The notes: generated by a model not told the origin, from the sequence alone. DNA of 64,000 nt from Desulfatiglandales bacterium (GCA_963666345.1 OY762721.1:3552001-3616000); one strand, 5' to 3'. Shown: positions 21,374-31,374, counted from the first letter of the stretch. Translations and numbers: made by a program.

Positions 21374-21611
21374 CAAAATTAGCCTTTCTGGCAGATTTTT
21401 GTTTTTAAAAGACGCATATCTCTAGATCAGCTCATTGCTCACACATATACACTTAAAAATACGGAAAAAGTATTATTGGCATCTCTCAGTTGCTTATGTT
21501 ATTGTTTTTTAAGTATAGATAGTTTTAATGTCAATAAGTTGACTTTAAAGATATCGTGAAAAGCTGGAACCCTATTTCTATATCTGTTCAAAGGCATTCA
21601 AGGAGATTTTA

Positions 21612-22217
21612 ATGTTCAACTATAAGAATCTTATGAATAAATTTGATCCACCTATTTGGATTGGAAACCAATATGAAAATGGGGGAATTTTTGAAAAGCG
21701 CATCATTATAATTGGTGAATCAACATATTGGTCAGGTCAACAACCGAATATTTCAATGGCTACTGATCATTTCGCTGATAAGCCACACTCAGATAAATAC
21801 AGGACGAAATTAGTCAGAATGTTTTTAAATAAAGATAATGAAACGAGAGAGGAAATTGCTGAATTTTGGCATTCAGTATCTTTTTTCAATTATTTTAAAA
21901 CTGTTTTAAGCGGTCCTTATAGATCACCTACTCAAGAAATGTTGAAGCAGCATCAGCCGCTACCTGATATTCTAGATGCTCTTAAACCAAATTTGATTTT
22001 AATAGTAATGCTCCGAATGTGGGATTATTTTGTCTCTAACCCGCCCTGTAAAATAAAAATGGGTCCAATAATAAAAGGAGCAAGGCGTAGTCAAACTTAT
22101 CATTTTGAAAGTAAAAGTGGACTCCATTCAGCATTGGGGTATGCTGTGAAGCATCCAACTTATGCTAGCTGGTCTTTAGAGCATGTCTACACTAAGGAAG
22201 CAATAAAACTTGCGTGA
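21612..22217 (+). CDS. Hypothetical protein, possible uracil-DNA-glycosylase-like fold
   Basis: WIG..Y...IIIIGESTY near N-terminus, LKPNLIL, KHPT near C-terminus; RBS AAGGAG. Confidence 0.55.
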   Translation: MFNYKNLMNKFDPPIWIGNQYENGGIFEKRIIIIGESTYWSGQQPNISMATDHFADKPHSDKYRTKLVRMFLNKDNETREEIAEFWHSVSFFNYFKTVLSGPYRSPTQEMLKQHQPLPDILDALKPNLILIVMLRMWDYFVSNPPCKIKMGPIIKGARRSQTYHFESKSGLHSALGYAVKHPTYASWSLEHVYTKEAIKLA

Positions 22218-22259
22218 CAGGAAAAAATGGTCTTAAATCTCGATCAATATTTGCCTTTT

Positions 22260-22706
22260 CTATAGTTTTATTTTGTTAGTGAAATTGAATGCAGCTTGTA
22301 TATCCTGTAATTTCTTATCCCTGATCTTTTGATCCCATATTTCAAACTTTTTAAGCGCACCCATAAGTATAACCTTGTCTTTGTTAATCCCAGTAATCTT
22401 CCTGATTTGATCTGAAATAAATATTTCCCCTGCATCCGAAATGGATTTTTTATCCAAACAAAAGAAAGGCCTTTCGCCAGGAGATAAAGAAACCTTTTGT
22501 GAGAATAATTCTTCGGTTAATTCCCAAAAATAATCTTCAGGCAAAATTGTTAGTGAACCTTTTTCTCCATTCCATAATATACGCACCCCTTCATTTTTTA
22601 ATAAACCGATCCATATATCAGGGAGTAAAATTCTCGAATTCTCTATACTTCTATGGTATAACCCTCTAAAGAAGAGACCGTCTTTATATTTCTTTGAGGT
22701 GGCCAT
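22260..22706 (-). CDS. Divergent MraZ-like (SpoVT/AbrB fold) DNA-binding protein
   Basis: FRGLYHRSIENSRILLP and DAGEIFISDQIRKITGI..VILMGALKKFEIWD resemble the two MraZ repeats. Confidence 0.7.
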   Translation of the reverse strand: MATSKKYKDGLFFRGLYHRSIENSRILLPDIWIGLLKNEGVRILWNGEKGSLTILPEDYFWELTEELFSQKVSLSPGERPFFCLDKKSISDAGEIFISDQIRKITGINKDKVILMGALKKFEIWDQKIRDKKLQDIQAAFNFTNKIKL

Positions 22707-22743
22707 ACCGCCTTCCTTTCTATTTCCCTCAGTCTTTAAGCTA

Positions 22744-23376
22744 TTAATCAAATTTGGGTTTACTGTCTATGGAATGCTTCTCAGATTCAAAAACTACCAG
22801 CTCTTTTTCTGAGGTGATTATAAGGGTAAAGCCATGAGGGCTTTTATAGAACCAAGCCCAGCTATCCCAATCCCAATCAAGCGTTGGAATTTTATAAGCA
22901 TCTATAAAGGCTTCAGCAAAATCTTTAGGGGTTAGCTCATATACGTTAAACATCTTATCCACGCACATACTGCTAAACTGGAATTTATAGACCTTGCCGC
23001 TTTCTCTGTGAGCATATATCCCGAATGCGTCCCTATATTCCTCTGGCCTGAAACAATAATGCTGGCCAGTAGGAAGCTGCATCAACTCCCAATGGTATCC
23101 TGTGATTCTTTTAATTGTAGCCTTGGCGTCATTTATCGGCATCCCAAGGTAAAGACCTTTGAATTTGAGCGTTCGGGATTCAGTTTTTAGATTTTCAAAG
23201 GATTCCTTTTCAATTCCTACTATGTATCGAAACTGATCTGAGCCTTCGACAATATACGATCCGATTTTTCGCTGTTCATTTTCCGCACTGACAAAACCCG
23301 GGAGACAGGCGGTGAGCCCGAATATTGATGATATACCGAGGAATTGACGGCGTGTTATATTTAATTTTTTTGGCAT
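22744..23376 (-). CDS. Twin-arginine (Tat) exported hypothetical protein
   Basis: TRRQFLG + hydrophobic stretch + VSA cleavage site; start 23376 or TTG 23388. Confidence 0.7.
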   Translation of the reverse strand: MPKKLNITRRQFLGISSIFGLTACLPGFVSAENEQRKIGSYIVEGSDQFRYIVGIEKESFENLKTESRTLKFKGLYLGMPINDAKATIKRITGYHWELMQLPTGQHYCFRPEEYRDAFGIYAHRESGKVYKFQFSSMCVDKMFNVYELTPKDFAEAFIDAYKIPTLDWDWDSWAWFYKSPHGFTLIITSEKELVVFESEKHSIDSKPKFD

Positions 23377-23445
23377 TTTCAGTTTCAAGATTGTGAGAAG
23401 GGATATTATCCTTCAGATTATGATAAGCTGTTAACCTCTGACGGA

Positions 23446-25731
23446 TTATCTATAAGAGTTTCCATTTGCTCCAAACAATACAGGGATATGTTTTTTGTTT
23501 TTATATCTTCCTATAACTTTAAATAAATGATCATTGATAATGGACTTCCCATCACCGTTCAAAGAGGACTCTCTTTTGAACTGATTTGCTATAAGATCTA
23601 TTTCATTTAGATGCAGTGGATGATGCTCCACAACCTGAATAAATTTATCTTCAATATCTTTTCGGGCGTTAAAGTGTTTTGCCCATTGTCTTATTTGAAA
23701 TTCTTCGGGAGGGAGATGAATATTTAGAAAATAGTTGAACTCAATGGGTATTTCTTCCTCTCTGACAGGATTTGTAATTAAAAAAAGGATACCTTTAAAC
23801 CTCTCTAAATAATTATAAAAATCAAAAGATTCTTTTTCCTTATCATTATCTTCTTTATACTTGAGGTATCGTTCAAAAATTGACTTATCATCTACAAGGA
23901 GGGTCACTGAGCTGTGACCTATAAAGGTCCTGAATATGTATTCCAATGGATCAATCTCATCCTGTGTTAAGTTATCTTTTACTATCCTCGAAGAGCTTTT
24001 ACCAATAAGCATATCGGGCAGGTTGAACATTCTTACCTTTAAATTACATTCTTTAGCTACTGCCGCGGCACAATCAGTTCCTGTCTGAATATCGGAACAA
24101 CCCATTATGAGTTTTATATCCGTGTTGTTACTAGAATCTTTCATTATAGCTTTTATCAAATTGCTTATAACTTCTTTATCTCTGTGCCTTAAAAAGAGAT
24201 CTTTCATATTAATCTGAGGCGTGAAAATTTTCTCCGATAAATTGAACTCAAGCATCCTGCACGTTTGATGTTCTGCGGCTCTTTCGAGTTCTTCAGACGT
24301 CAATATCAGATTTGAATTTTTGTTTTTTACCAGCGTATTAGTTGTTGCCATGAAAAGAGTATTTTTGATCAGACCTCCTGTGAAAACATAATTTCTTGCA
24401 AATTTGCTAAGGTCTACATCTTTGCCAAATAAAGCATTGGGAGGAAGCAATGCTTCCCATATTTTCAGCCTTTCACGTTCGTCCGGCAGTTGGAAAGGGA
24501 TTTTTAAATTTATACGCCGGTCAAGAGCAGGATCAAGTTTAATAACTTTATTGGTTGCAAATATGGTAATGCACCCTGCCTTCTCAATTTCGATAAGCAG
24601 GTTTCGACTCTCTTCTGTGTTTTTACTGAAAACATCATCGCACTCATCAAAAAAGACAATTCCATTACATAACTTTGCCTCTTTGAAAATAGTATTTATC
24701 AACTCATTATTTGAAATTCTGAATTGAAAATCCTTGGAAAAATTTACAGATAGGAGCTCCATGTCCAGCTCGTTTGATAAGGCGTGTGCCAGCATGGTTT
24801 TACCCGTACCTGATGGACCATAAAACAATAATGTCAATCCAGTACCATATCCGTAGAATTTTTCGACAATAGTTCTTTCCTCTATTACCTGACTATGTAG
24901 ATAGTTCCTGGTCAGTTCTACAATTTCTCTTTTTACTCCCCCGGAAATAATTACCTGATCCAGTCCGATGCTTCCCTTTTTCCTGGAAATACATTGAAGG
25001 TCTGTATCATAAATATTGTTATCCTCAAGAATGAACCTGATAGCGCGCTCATGTAAATGAACCGGCATATCTAGAATATTTGTTGTATTAACGTAAAAAG
25101 AACCGGGAATAACAATCTCGTTTTTTATCAGAGGAGCTTTAATGTTAAAATATTTTCTGCTGGATATTTGATCCCGATATTCTGAATGAACAATTGATAA
25201 GATTGATCCAATAGTCATAGCGCTATCGGTTCGATCTTCAGGATCAAGTTCACAGCACCTGAAAAGGTTACGAAAGCTCTTTGATGTCTCATATGAAATC
25301 AATAGTATTAAAATAATACGTTCCGTATCATCAAGCTCATTAAGCTTACAGAAATGTTCAAAATTAAGATGTATTCCTGCCTCAAGAGAATTCCGTACCC
25401 GTTGATTTATATCCATCTCAATTTTTCTGAGCAACATCTCCAACTTTTCAGGAGTTATCTCATCAGGCGACAAACCTGAAGAATTAAAATTCAATTCCTG
25501 AGTAAAACCGCTAATTTTTTTATGTTTAAGAATTAATACGTCGTTATTTTCCTGATTGGAGGAAGCATCACGAAGGAATGCTTTAACAACTCTAACCCTT
25601 GCGGAATACTCCAGCGCTTCAAGGTGTTCAATACTATCTTTAAAGATACTTTCCTTCTTGGGATTATTGATTGCCATATAAACTGAGAAATCATTTCCTG
25701 ATAATGTCCTTTCAATTGTATTAAGGCCCAT
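23446..25731 (-). CDS. AAA+ ATPase: helical N domain, active AAA domain, degenerate second AAA domain
   Basis: GPSGTGKT, VFFDECD, FATN, LDPALDRR; second module with decayed Walker A (GCSDIQTGT), LLVDD, LITN. Confidence 0.88.
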   Translation of the reverse strand: MGLNTIERTLSGNDFSVYMAINNPKKESIFKDSIEHLEALEYSARVRVVKAFLRDASSNQENNDVLILKHKKISGFTQELNFNSSGLSPDEITPEKLEMLLRKIEMDINQRVRNSLEAGIHLNFEHFCKLNELDDTERIILILLISYETSKSFRNLFRCCELDPEDRTDSAMTIGSILSIVHSEYRDQISSRKYFNIKAPLIKNEIVIPGSFYVNTTNILDMPVHLHERAIRFILEDNNIYDTDLQCISRKKGSIGLDQVIISGGVKREIVELTRNYLHSQVIEERTIVEKFYGYGTGLTLLFYGPSGTGKTMLAHALSNELDMELLSVNFSKDFQFRISNNELINTIFKEAKLCNGIVFFDECDDVFSKNTEESRNLLIEIEKAGCITIFATNKVIKLDPALDRRINLKIPFQLPDERERLKIWEALLPPNALFGKDVDLSKFARNYVFTGGLIKNTLFMATTNTLVKNKNSNLILTSEELERAAEHQTCRMLEFNLSEKIFTPQINMKDLFLRHRDKEVISNLIKAIMKDSSNNTDIKLIMGCSDIQTGTDCAAAVAKECNLKVRMFNLPDMLIGKSSSRIVKDNLTQDEIDPLEYIFRTFIGHSSVTLLVDDKSIFERYLKYKEDNDKEKESFDFYNYLERFKGILFLITNPVREEEIPIEFNYFLNIHLPPEEFQIRQWAKHFNARKDIEDKFIQVVEHHPLHLNEIDLIANQFKRESSLNGDGKSIINDHLFKVIGRYKNKKHIPVLFGANGNSYR

Positions 25732-25743
25732 TTTATTAACTCC

Positions 25744-26313
25744 TTATTTTTTCAAATCAGGTTTTAAGGGTTCAACGATATCAACAATACCAAATTCTAA
25801 CGCTTCTTCCGGAGTAAGCCATGTGTCAACATCCCGCAGAAGATACTGCTCAAGCTTCTCCTGGGACTCTAGATTGCTGTACTTCAAGTAATGGCTAACA
25901 ATTCTTGAATGCTCGAGATCCTGTTCTTTGCGTTCAGCAATTAATTGACTGTGATTTCCCCAGGTGATTGCTGAATATCTGTGTGAAAGCATAGAAGTCC
26001 TGGGAGTAATTACCCTTCGACCCTTTGCTCCTGTCATAAATATAAGGAGGCTCATCGACGCTATCAGTCCAACTCCGGTTGTGTAGATTGGCAGGCGTGA
26101 CCACTCCATTATGTCTATTATCGCAAAGCCATCAGGGCACAAGCCCCCGGGTGAGTTGATAATCATCTGTATGTGATCAGTGCTGCCAGATAGATTATAT
26201 TCGATTATGTCTTTACACACATTTTCCGAAACCCCATTACTGATAGTGCCGGATAAAAAAATAATTCCGTATTCTTTTAAACCCTTGCCTTCAGGTTGGC
26301 CATTTTTATCCAT
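25744..26313 (-). CDS. ClpP-family (S14) serine protease
   Basis: IINSPGG, GLIASMS (Ser), MLSH (His), DTWLTPEEALEFGIVD (Asp). Confidence 0.92.
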   Translation of the reverse strand: MDKNGQPEGKGLKEYGIIFLSGTISNGVSENVCKDIIEYNLSGSTDHIQMIINSPGGLCPDGFAIIDIMEWSRLPIYTTGVGLIASMSLLIFMTGAKGRRVITPRTSMLSHRYSAITWGNHSQLIAERKEQDLEHSRIVSHYLKYSNLESQEKLEQYLLRDVDTWLTPEEALEFGIVDIVEPLKPDLKK

Positions 26314-26387
26314 ATCTTTTTCTCCTTAAGTTCCTTTAATTGTAACTAGCTATAATTATTTGACCCTTTTTTTTATTATTGTTAACA

Positions 26388-26409
26388 TCACATTACTCCA
26401 CGAATGTGA
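26388..26409. promoter_or_regulatory. Palindromic operator candidate between divergent ClpP and WYL genes
   Basis: TCACATT-N8-AATGTGA. Confidence 0.6.
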
Positions 26410-26448
26410 CATTTTTGGCCATATGAACTAAAAATTTTCTGGAAAAAA

Positions 26449-27447
26449 ATGAGAGGGAAAAATTTAATAAAACTCCTGAGGGCTCTCGAGCTTTTTTCAA
26501 AACCTGAGGGAACTACTATTGAAGAGATATCCGAGCACCTAGGAATAGATCGGAGGTCTGTCTACAGGGTGATAAATTTGGTTGAGGAGCTCGGATTCCC
26601 TATATATGACGAGGAAATACCATTAGAGAAGAGTAAAAGATGGAAGCTTGAGGAAAGCTATCTAAAAAAATTGCCCAATATGAAACTTCCGGATGTCAAA
26701 CTATCGATATCCGAGATAATGTCGCTATATTTATTGAAGAGTGAATCCGTTCTTTATAAAGGTACTGAAATATATAAACATATCAACTCAGCCTTTGAGA
26801 AAATCAGTCTTTTTGCCCCCAAGGACCTGTTTACACAACTAAAAAAAATCAGCGCCTTATTTGTCCCGTCATCAAAGTTTAGAAAAGACTATGCAGGAAA
26901 AGAAAAAATCATAGAGCAGCTTATGGACGCGATGCTCCAGAAAAAGACCTGCTATGTGAAATACCATTCCTTTTATGAGGACAGGATAAAGAATTTTAAA
27001 ATTGATCCATTGCATTTCTTCGAGAATGACGGTGGATTATATATTTTTGTTAATGCTACAAGTTTTGGCGATATTCTCACGCTCGCTGTTGAGAGGATCC
27101 AAGAGATAAGGGACGCTGGATCATGCTTTGAATACCCTAAAAACTTTAATCCGGAAGAGTTGCTGGAATCTGCCTTTGATTTAGTTTACGGAGATCCGGT
27201 CGAGGTCAAAATCTGGTTCTCCGCCCACCAGGCACGTTATATAAAAGAACGTATGTGGTCAAAGACCCAACAAATAGAAAACCAGGAAGACGGTTCAATT
27301 ATCTTATCGATGAAAACTTCAGGTCAATGGGATATTATCAGGTGGGTCCTTTCCTATGGTAGTGATGCTAAAGTGATGGAGCCTGAAGGGTTGAAAAAAA
27401 AGATTATGGTGGAATTAACAGCAGTTGTTAATAAGTATAATGAATAA
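26449..27447 (+). CDS. HTH-WYL-WCX transcriptional regulator (YafY/BrxR/PafBC-like)
   Basis: N-terminal wHTH (RRSVYR), Y.S..IDPL..LY..AVERI WYL domain, RWVLSYG..V.EP WCX domain. Confidence 0.92.
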   Translation: MRGKNLIKLLRALELFSKPEGTTIEEISEHLGIDRRSVYRVINLVEELGFPIYDEEIPLEKSKRWKLEESYLKKLPNMKLPDVKLSISEIMSLYLLKSESVLYKGTEIYKHINSAFEKISLFAPKDLFTQLKKISALFVPSSKFRKDYAGKEKIIEQLMDAMLQKKTCYVKYHSFYEDRIKNFKIDPLHFFENDGGLYIFVNATSFGDILTLAVERIQEIRDAGSCFEYPKNFNPEELLESAFDLVYGDPVEVKIWFSAHQARYIKERMWSKTQQIENQEDGSIILSMKTSGQWDIIRWVLSYGSDAKVMEPEGLKKKIMVELTAVVNKYNE

Positions 27448-27459
27448 AAGAATTAAAGT

Positions 27460-27474
27460 TGTGATATGATCAGA
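27460..27474 (+). repeat. 15-bp repeat TGTGATATGATCAGA, copy 2
   Basis: Exact match, 12 bp after the WYL stop. Confidence 0.9.
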
Positions 27475-27593
27475 ATATCTGTGATCTTTGATGATGAAAA
27501 TATTCTGGTGTTTTTTGGTGAGATCACAGCAATTGCGATCCGTGTGATATGAAAGTGGTATCTTTCCTAGCTGGAGATTGAACCAAAACAAAT

Positions 27594-28224
27594 AAATACA
27601 GTCCTTGCCTAAACCGCCTACCATTTTATATCATCCCTAGAAACAAAGCATGACAGGAGTCTTATGCCAATGAGTCTAACCAAAGCTCAAATCGTTGAAG
27701 GGATACACCAAGGGACGGGTTTAACAAGAAAACAAGCGGGTGATGCCTTAGAAGACATCCTTGATATCATTAAGAACAGGCTTGAAACCGGGGAAAGTGT
27801 CTTGATTTCAGGTTTTGGTAGGTTTGCAGTCAAGGAAAAGCGCCCTAGGCGAGGTAGAAACCCTGCCACAGGCAAGTCCATAATGCTTGATGGTAGAAAA
27901 GTCGTCAGTTTTAAGTGCTCTGGTGTCCTAAAAGACAGGCTAAATAAGTCATAAGTCACTCAATTACGAGGTATTGGACTTCTATACCGTATAAATCACT
28001 CGATTTTCACTTCCCTCAAGTCCTTTAAACATAGTTGTAAGATCAAAAATATGCGATTGAGGTCTTAAAATACCAGTTTGCGTTTAAAATATTGATGTTT
28101 CACGCTCCTTTTTAACCGTTTCTCACTCAAAACCACCTTTTTCAACAACAAAACACCCTTCTGTAAGAAAACTTCAAACCATTAACATAAGAGGCCTGGA
28201 CCTGCTTCATAAATTACTGTTTTT
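27594..28224 (+). repeat. About 630-bp block (IHF gene plus flanks) duplicated at 43499-44129
   Basis: Long identical stretches before, within and after the IHF genes. Confidence 0.92.
27670..27954 (+). CDS. ihfA: Integration host factor alpha-like protein, copy 1
   Basis: LTKA, ISGFGRF, GRNPATG, VVSFKCS; start inferred from the paralogue. Confidence 0.9.
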   Translation: MSLTKAQIVEGIHQGTGLTRKQAGDALEDILDIIKNRLETGESVLISGFGRFAVKEKRPRRGRNPATGKSIMLDGRKVVSFKCSGVLKDRLNKS

Positions 28225-28561
28225 TGTACTTGATAAGTCATCTTGTAATGTCAACTGATCAATTTTTGCCAACAACTCATGGATAAACCGATTGAAGCAG
28301 GTAGTTCAAGAAATATCAATACAGTTTATTATTGATTATGTCAGTTTAAATTGTTTTATTTTGAAGTGATCAATGGATGATTTGAGGGCATGAACCTGGC
28401 TTCTCAATGCTTTTAATTAAGTCAGATAAATATCATCAAAGACTGCAGGAAACTCTCAGAGAGGATAATATCGTAGAGCCAACAGTCATCAAATATCAAA
28501 GCTTATGGAATTCGGAAAAACCGCTCCCTCAAAACCAAATTAAAAAAAGAAAAAAACTTGA

Positions 28562-28661
28562 GTGACAGTATGACAGCAAATTTCAAACATTATTTTTTAT
28601 AGTTAATATAATTACTTAATTAAATTAACAAATATAAAAATTTTTACCGTCATACCGTCAC
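28562..28661. other. Putative replication origin: inverted repeats around an AT-rich core
   Basis: GTGACAGTATGACAG ... CCGTCATACCGTCAC with about 70 bp nearly all A/T between. Confidence 0.55.
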
Positions 28662-28881
28662 AAGAAATTAGTCTGAAACAACCTTACTTTTGAGTTTTAT
28701 CAGACGCTTTTTTGAAGTCCTGTTATAGACTACTTCTACACTGTTTTTTTCTAAGACATGGACTGCTTGTGAATCGGCATGCAAAAATGACCCACCTATA
28801 GGGCGAATCGGCGTCCAAAATTGACCCACCCCTGAAAGCCTTCTATTCTGCTGTGACTATGGTAGAAGGAGGCGGAAAGGG

Positions 28882-30399
28882 ATGCTCACAGTGGAAACAA
28901 TCCGTAAGATACGATTAGCTGTTCTCAGAGATGGCAAATCCATACGTCAGACAGCGAAGGATCTGCGCCTTAGCAAAAATACAGTAAAAAAGGCGATAAG
29001 GAGCGGAGAAACATCTTTTCAGTACGAACGAAGCAACCAGCCAAGACCCAAGCTGGGGCCGTTTATAGACATGCTGAAAGGCTTTCTGGAAGAAGACGAG
29101 AAACTGCCCAAAAAACTGCGCAGGACAGCCCAGATACTTTTTGAAGAGCTGCAACTCAACGGCTACGAAGGTGGCTATGACAGCGTACGGAGATATGTTC
29201 AAAGATGGCGCCAGGATCAAAGGAGCTTGCCAAAGGAGGTATTTATACCTTTGGTATTTGATCCTGCAGAAGCCTTTCAGTTTGACTGGAGTCATGAGTG
29301 GGTAGATCTGGACGGAAGCAGAGTAAAGGCAAAGGTTGCACATATAAGGTTATGTCACAGCCGCTACTTCCTTTGTATTGCCTACCCCAGAGAAACCCAG
29401 GAGATGGTGTTTGATGCCCATATCAGGGCCTTTGAGTTTTTTGGGGGAGTTTGCCGTAAAGGCATCTATGACAATCTCAAAACAGTGGTTAACAAGATCC
29501 TGGGAGGAAGGGAAAGACAGTTCAACAGCCGCTTCAGCCAACTGTGTTCCCATTATTTATTTGAACCGGTAAGCTGCACCCCTGCTGCAGGTTGGGAAAA
29601 GGGTCAGGTGGAAAACCAGGTAGGTGTGGTCAGAAGGAGATTTTTCACTCCCCGAATCAAGGCCAGGGATTTCACACACCTAAACGAGCTGCTTAGAGAA
29701 CAATGCATCACCTGGGCAAAGACCCGTAAGCATCCAACAATATCTGATAAGACGGTTTGGCAGGTCTACAGTGAAGAGAGACCCTATCTGATAAATCTAC
29801 CACCTCTCTTTGATGGATATGCACAACGTCCAGCCAGGGTTACCCCCAGCTCACTTGTAACCTATGACCGGAACCGATACAGCGTTAATTGCAGCCAGGT
29901 GGGTAAAGCGGTCTATATGAGAGTATATGCCGATCGGATAGTGATAGTAAATAACGGTTGTATCGTAGGAGAGCATGATAGGCATTTTGGAAAGAACAAG
30001 ACTATTTTTAATCCCTGGCATTATGTCCCGGTCCTTGAACGTAAGCCCGGGGCTCTCCGTAATGGAGCCCCCTTTAAAGACTGGCAACTTCCCGATCCTG
30101 TCGAAGGCGTCCTAAATGGGCTTCAAAACCGTTTTTCCGACTGGGACCGTCAGTTTGTGGCCATTCTAAATGCTGTTCCTTTCTACGGACTTGAGGCTGT
30201 AAGTAAAGCCTGTAAGGAGGCCCTAAAGATAAGGGCCGTAAGTAAAGAGGTGGTTCTCAATCTTTTAAACAGGGATCAGGATCAGGATTGCACGCCTGAT
30301 TTGGGTATCCCCTCCCATCTGATTCTCAAGCAAGAGCCCATAGCAGACTGCCGCCGCTATGAACGTTTGGTAAGGGAGGGATACCATGCTGCGCAATGA
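28882..30399 (+). CDS. istA: IS21 transposase IstA
   Basis: Protein identical to copy 1. Confidence 0.95.
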   Translation: MLTVETIRKIRLAVLRDGKSIRQTAKDLRLSKNTVKKAIRSGETSFQYERSNQPRPKLGPFIDMLKGFLEEDEKLPKKLRRTAQILFEELQLNGYEGGYDSVRRYVQRWRQDQRSLPKEVFIPLVFDPAEAFQFDWSHEWVDLDGSRVKAKVAHIRLCHSRYFLCIAYPRETQEMVFDAHIRAFEFFGGVCRKGIYDNLKTVVNKILGGRERQFNSRFSQLCSHYLFEPVSCTPAAGWEKGQVENQVGVVRRRFFTPRIKARDFTHLNELLREQCITWAKTRKHPTISDKTVWQVYSEERPYLINLPPLFDGYAQRPARVTPSSLVTYDRNRYSVNCSQVGKAVYMRVYADRIVIVNNGCIVGEHDRHFGKNKTIFNPWHYVPVLERKPGALRNGAPFKDWQLPDPVEGVLNGLQNRFSDWDRQFVAILNAVPFYGLEAVSKACKEALKIRAVSKEVVLNLLNRDQDQDCTPDLGIPSHLILKQEPIADCRRYERLVREGYHAAQ

Positions 30400-31117
30400 T
30401 ATCATGGACCAGATGGAAAAACTAAAGTTGCGGGGTATGCAGTCCATTTATGATGAAGTTGTCTCCAATGGACGCAAGAGCCATTCAACGCCTGAAAAGG
30501 TAATCCTGGAACTGCTCAAGGCTGAAGCTGCCGAAAGATATATAAGGAGTATCCGATATCGTATGGGACAGGCCAGGTTTCCTGTCCTTAAAGATATCGA
30601 TGGCTTTGATTTTAACGGGGCCTGTGTTGATGAAGCCCAGATTAGGTCTATTTATCAGGGTGATTTTATAGCCGAACATATCAACCTGATTTTTGTAGGT
30701 GGCACCGGTACGGGCAAAACCCATTTAGCCATAACTATAGCGGCCCAGGCCATAAGGAATGGCAGGAAGTGCAAGTTTTATAACCTGGTGGATCTGGCAA
30801 ATGAGCTTGAGCAGGAAAAAATGATTGGATTGGCCGGCAAAATCACAGCAAGACTACTTCGATTTGATCTTGTGGTCCTCGATGAACTGGGTTATCTGCC
30901 TTTTTCCAAAAACGGCAGTCAACTGCTCTTTCATCTTATATCAAAACTCTACGAACAGACATCCATAGTGATTACCACCAACTTGACCTTCGGTGAATGG
31001 CCCCAAGTCTTTGGAGATAAAAAGATGACTACGGCCATGCTTGATCGGTTGACTCATCATTGTGAAATTATAGAAACAGGTAACGAAAGCTGGAGAATGA
31101 AACACGCAGCTTCATAG
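30386..31117 (+). CDS. istB: IS21 helper ATPase IstB
   Basis: Protein identical to copy 1. Confidence 0.95.
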   Translation: MLRNDIMDQMEKLKLRGMQSIYDEVVSNGRKSHSTPEKVILELLKAEAAERYIRSIRYRMGQARFPVLKDIDGFDFNGACVDEAQIRSIYQGDFIAEHINLIFVGGTGTGKTHLAITIAAQAIRNGRKCKFYNLVDLANELEQEKMIGLAGKITARLLRFDLVVLDELGYLPFSKNGSQLLFHLISKLYEQTSIVITTNLTFGEWPQVFGDKKMTTAMLDRLTHHCEIIETGNESWRMKHAAS

Positions 31118-31374
31118 ATAAAGAAGGGATCAACTACTCAACTATTTAACCATATTTTTTTCTCAGGGGTGGGTCAATTTTGGACGCCGATGATGGGTCA
31201 ATTTTCAACGCCTATTGACAATCCTATGGATGAAATAAAAGCAGCTGTATGAGCTTGTTTTCTAAAGAGATATAAGTAGCTGAAGATATTGGGATAAGAT
31301 TAGATATTGGCTTTGATGGTCTTTAGCTGGAGATGTTTGTAAAGGCTTACCTGGAAGACAGGGAGAAGGTAAAG

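Larger units (their letters stand above)
28768..31220 (+). mobile_element. IS21 family element, copy 2
   Basis: Same 2453-bp element in opposite orientation; no target duplication. Confidence 0.95.

Noticed and set aside
25744..26313. ClpP as housekeeping clpP or a phage head maturation protease
   Set aside because: No tig or clpX neighbours and no portal, terminase or capsid genes nearby
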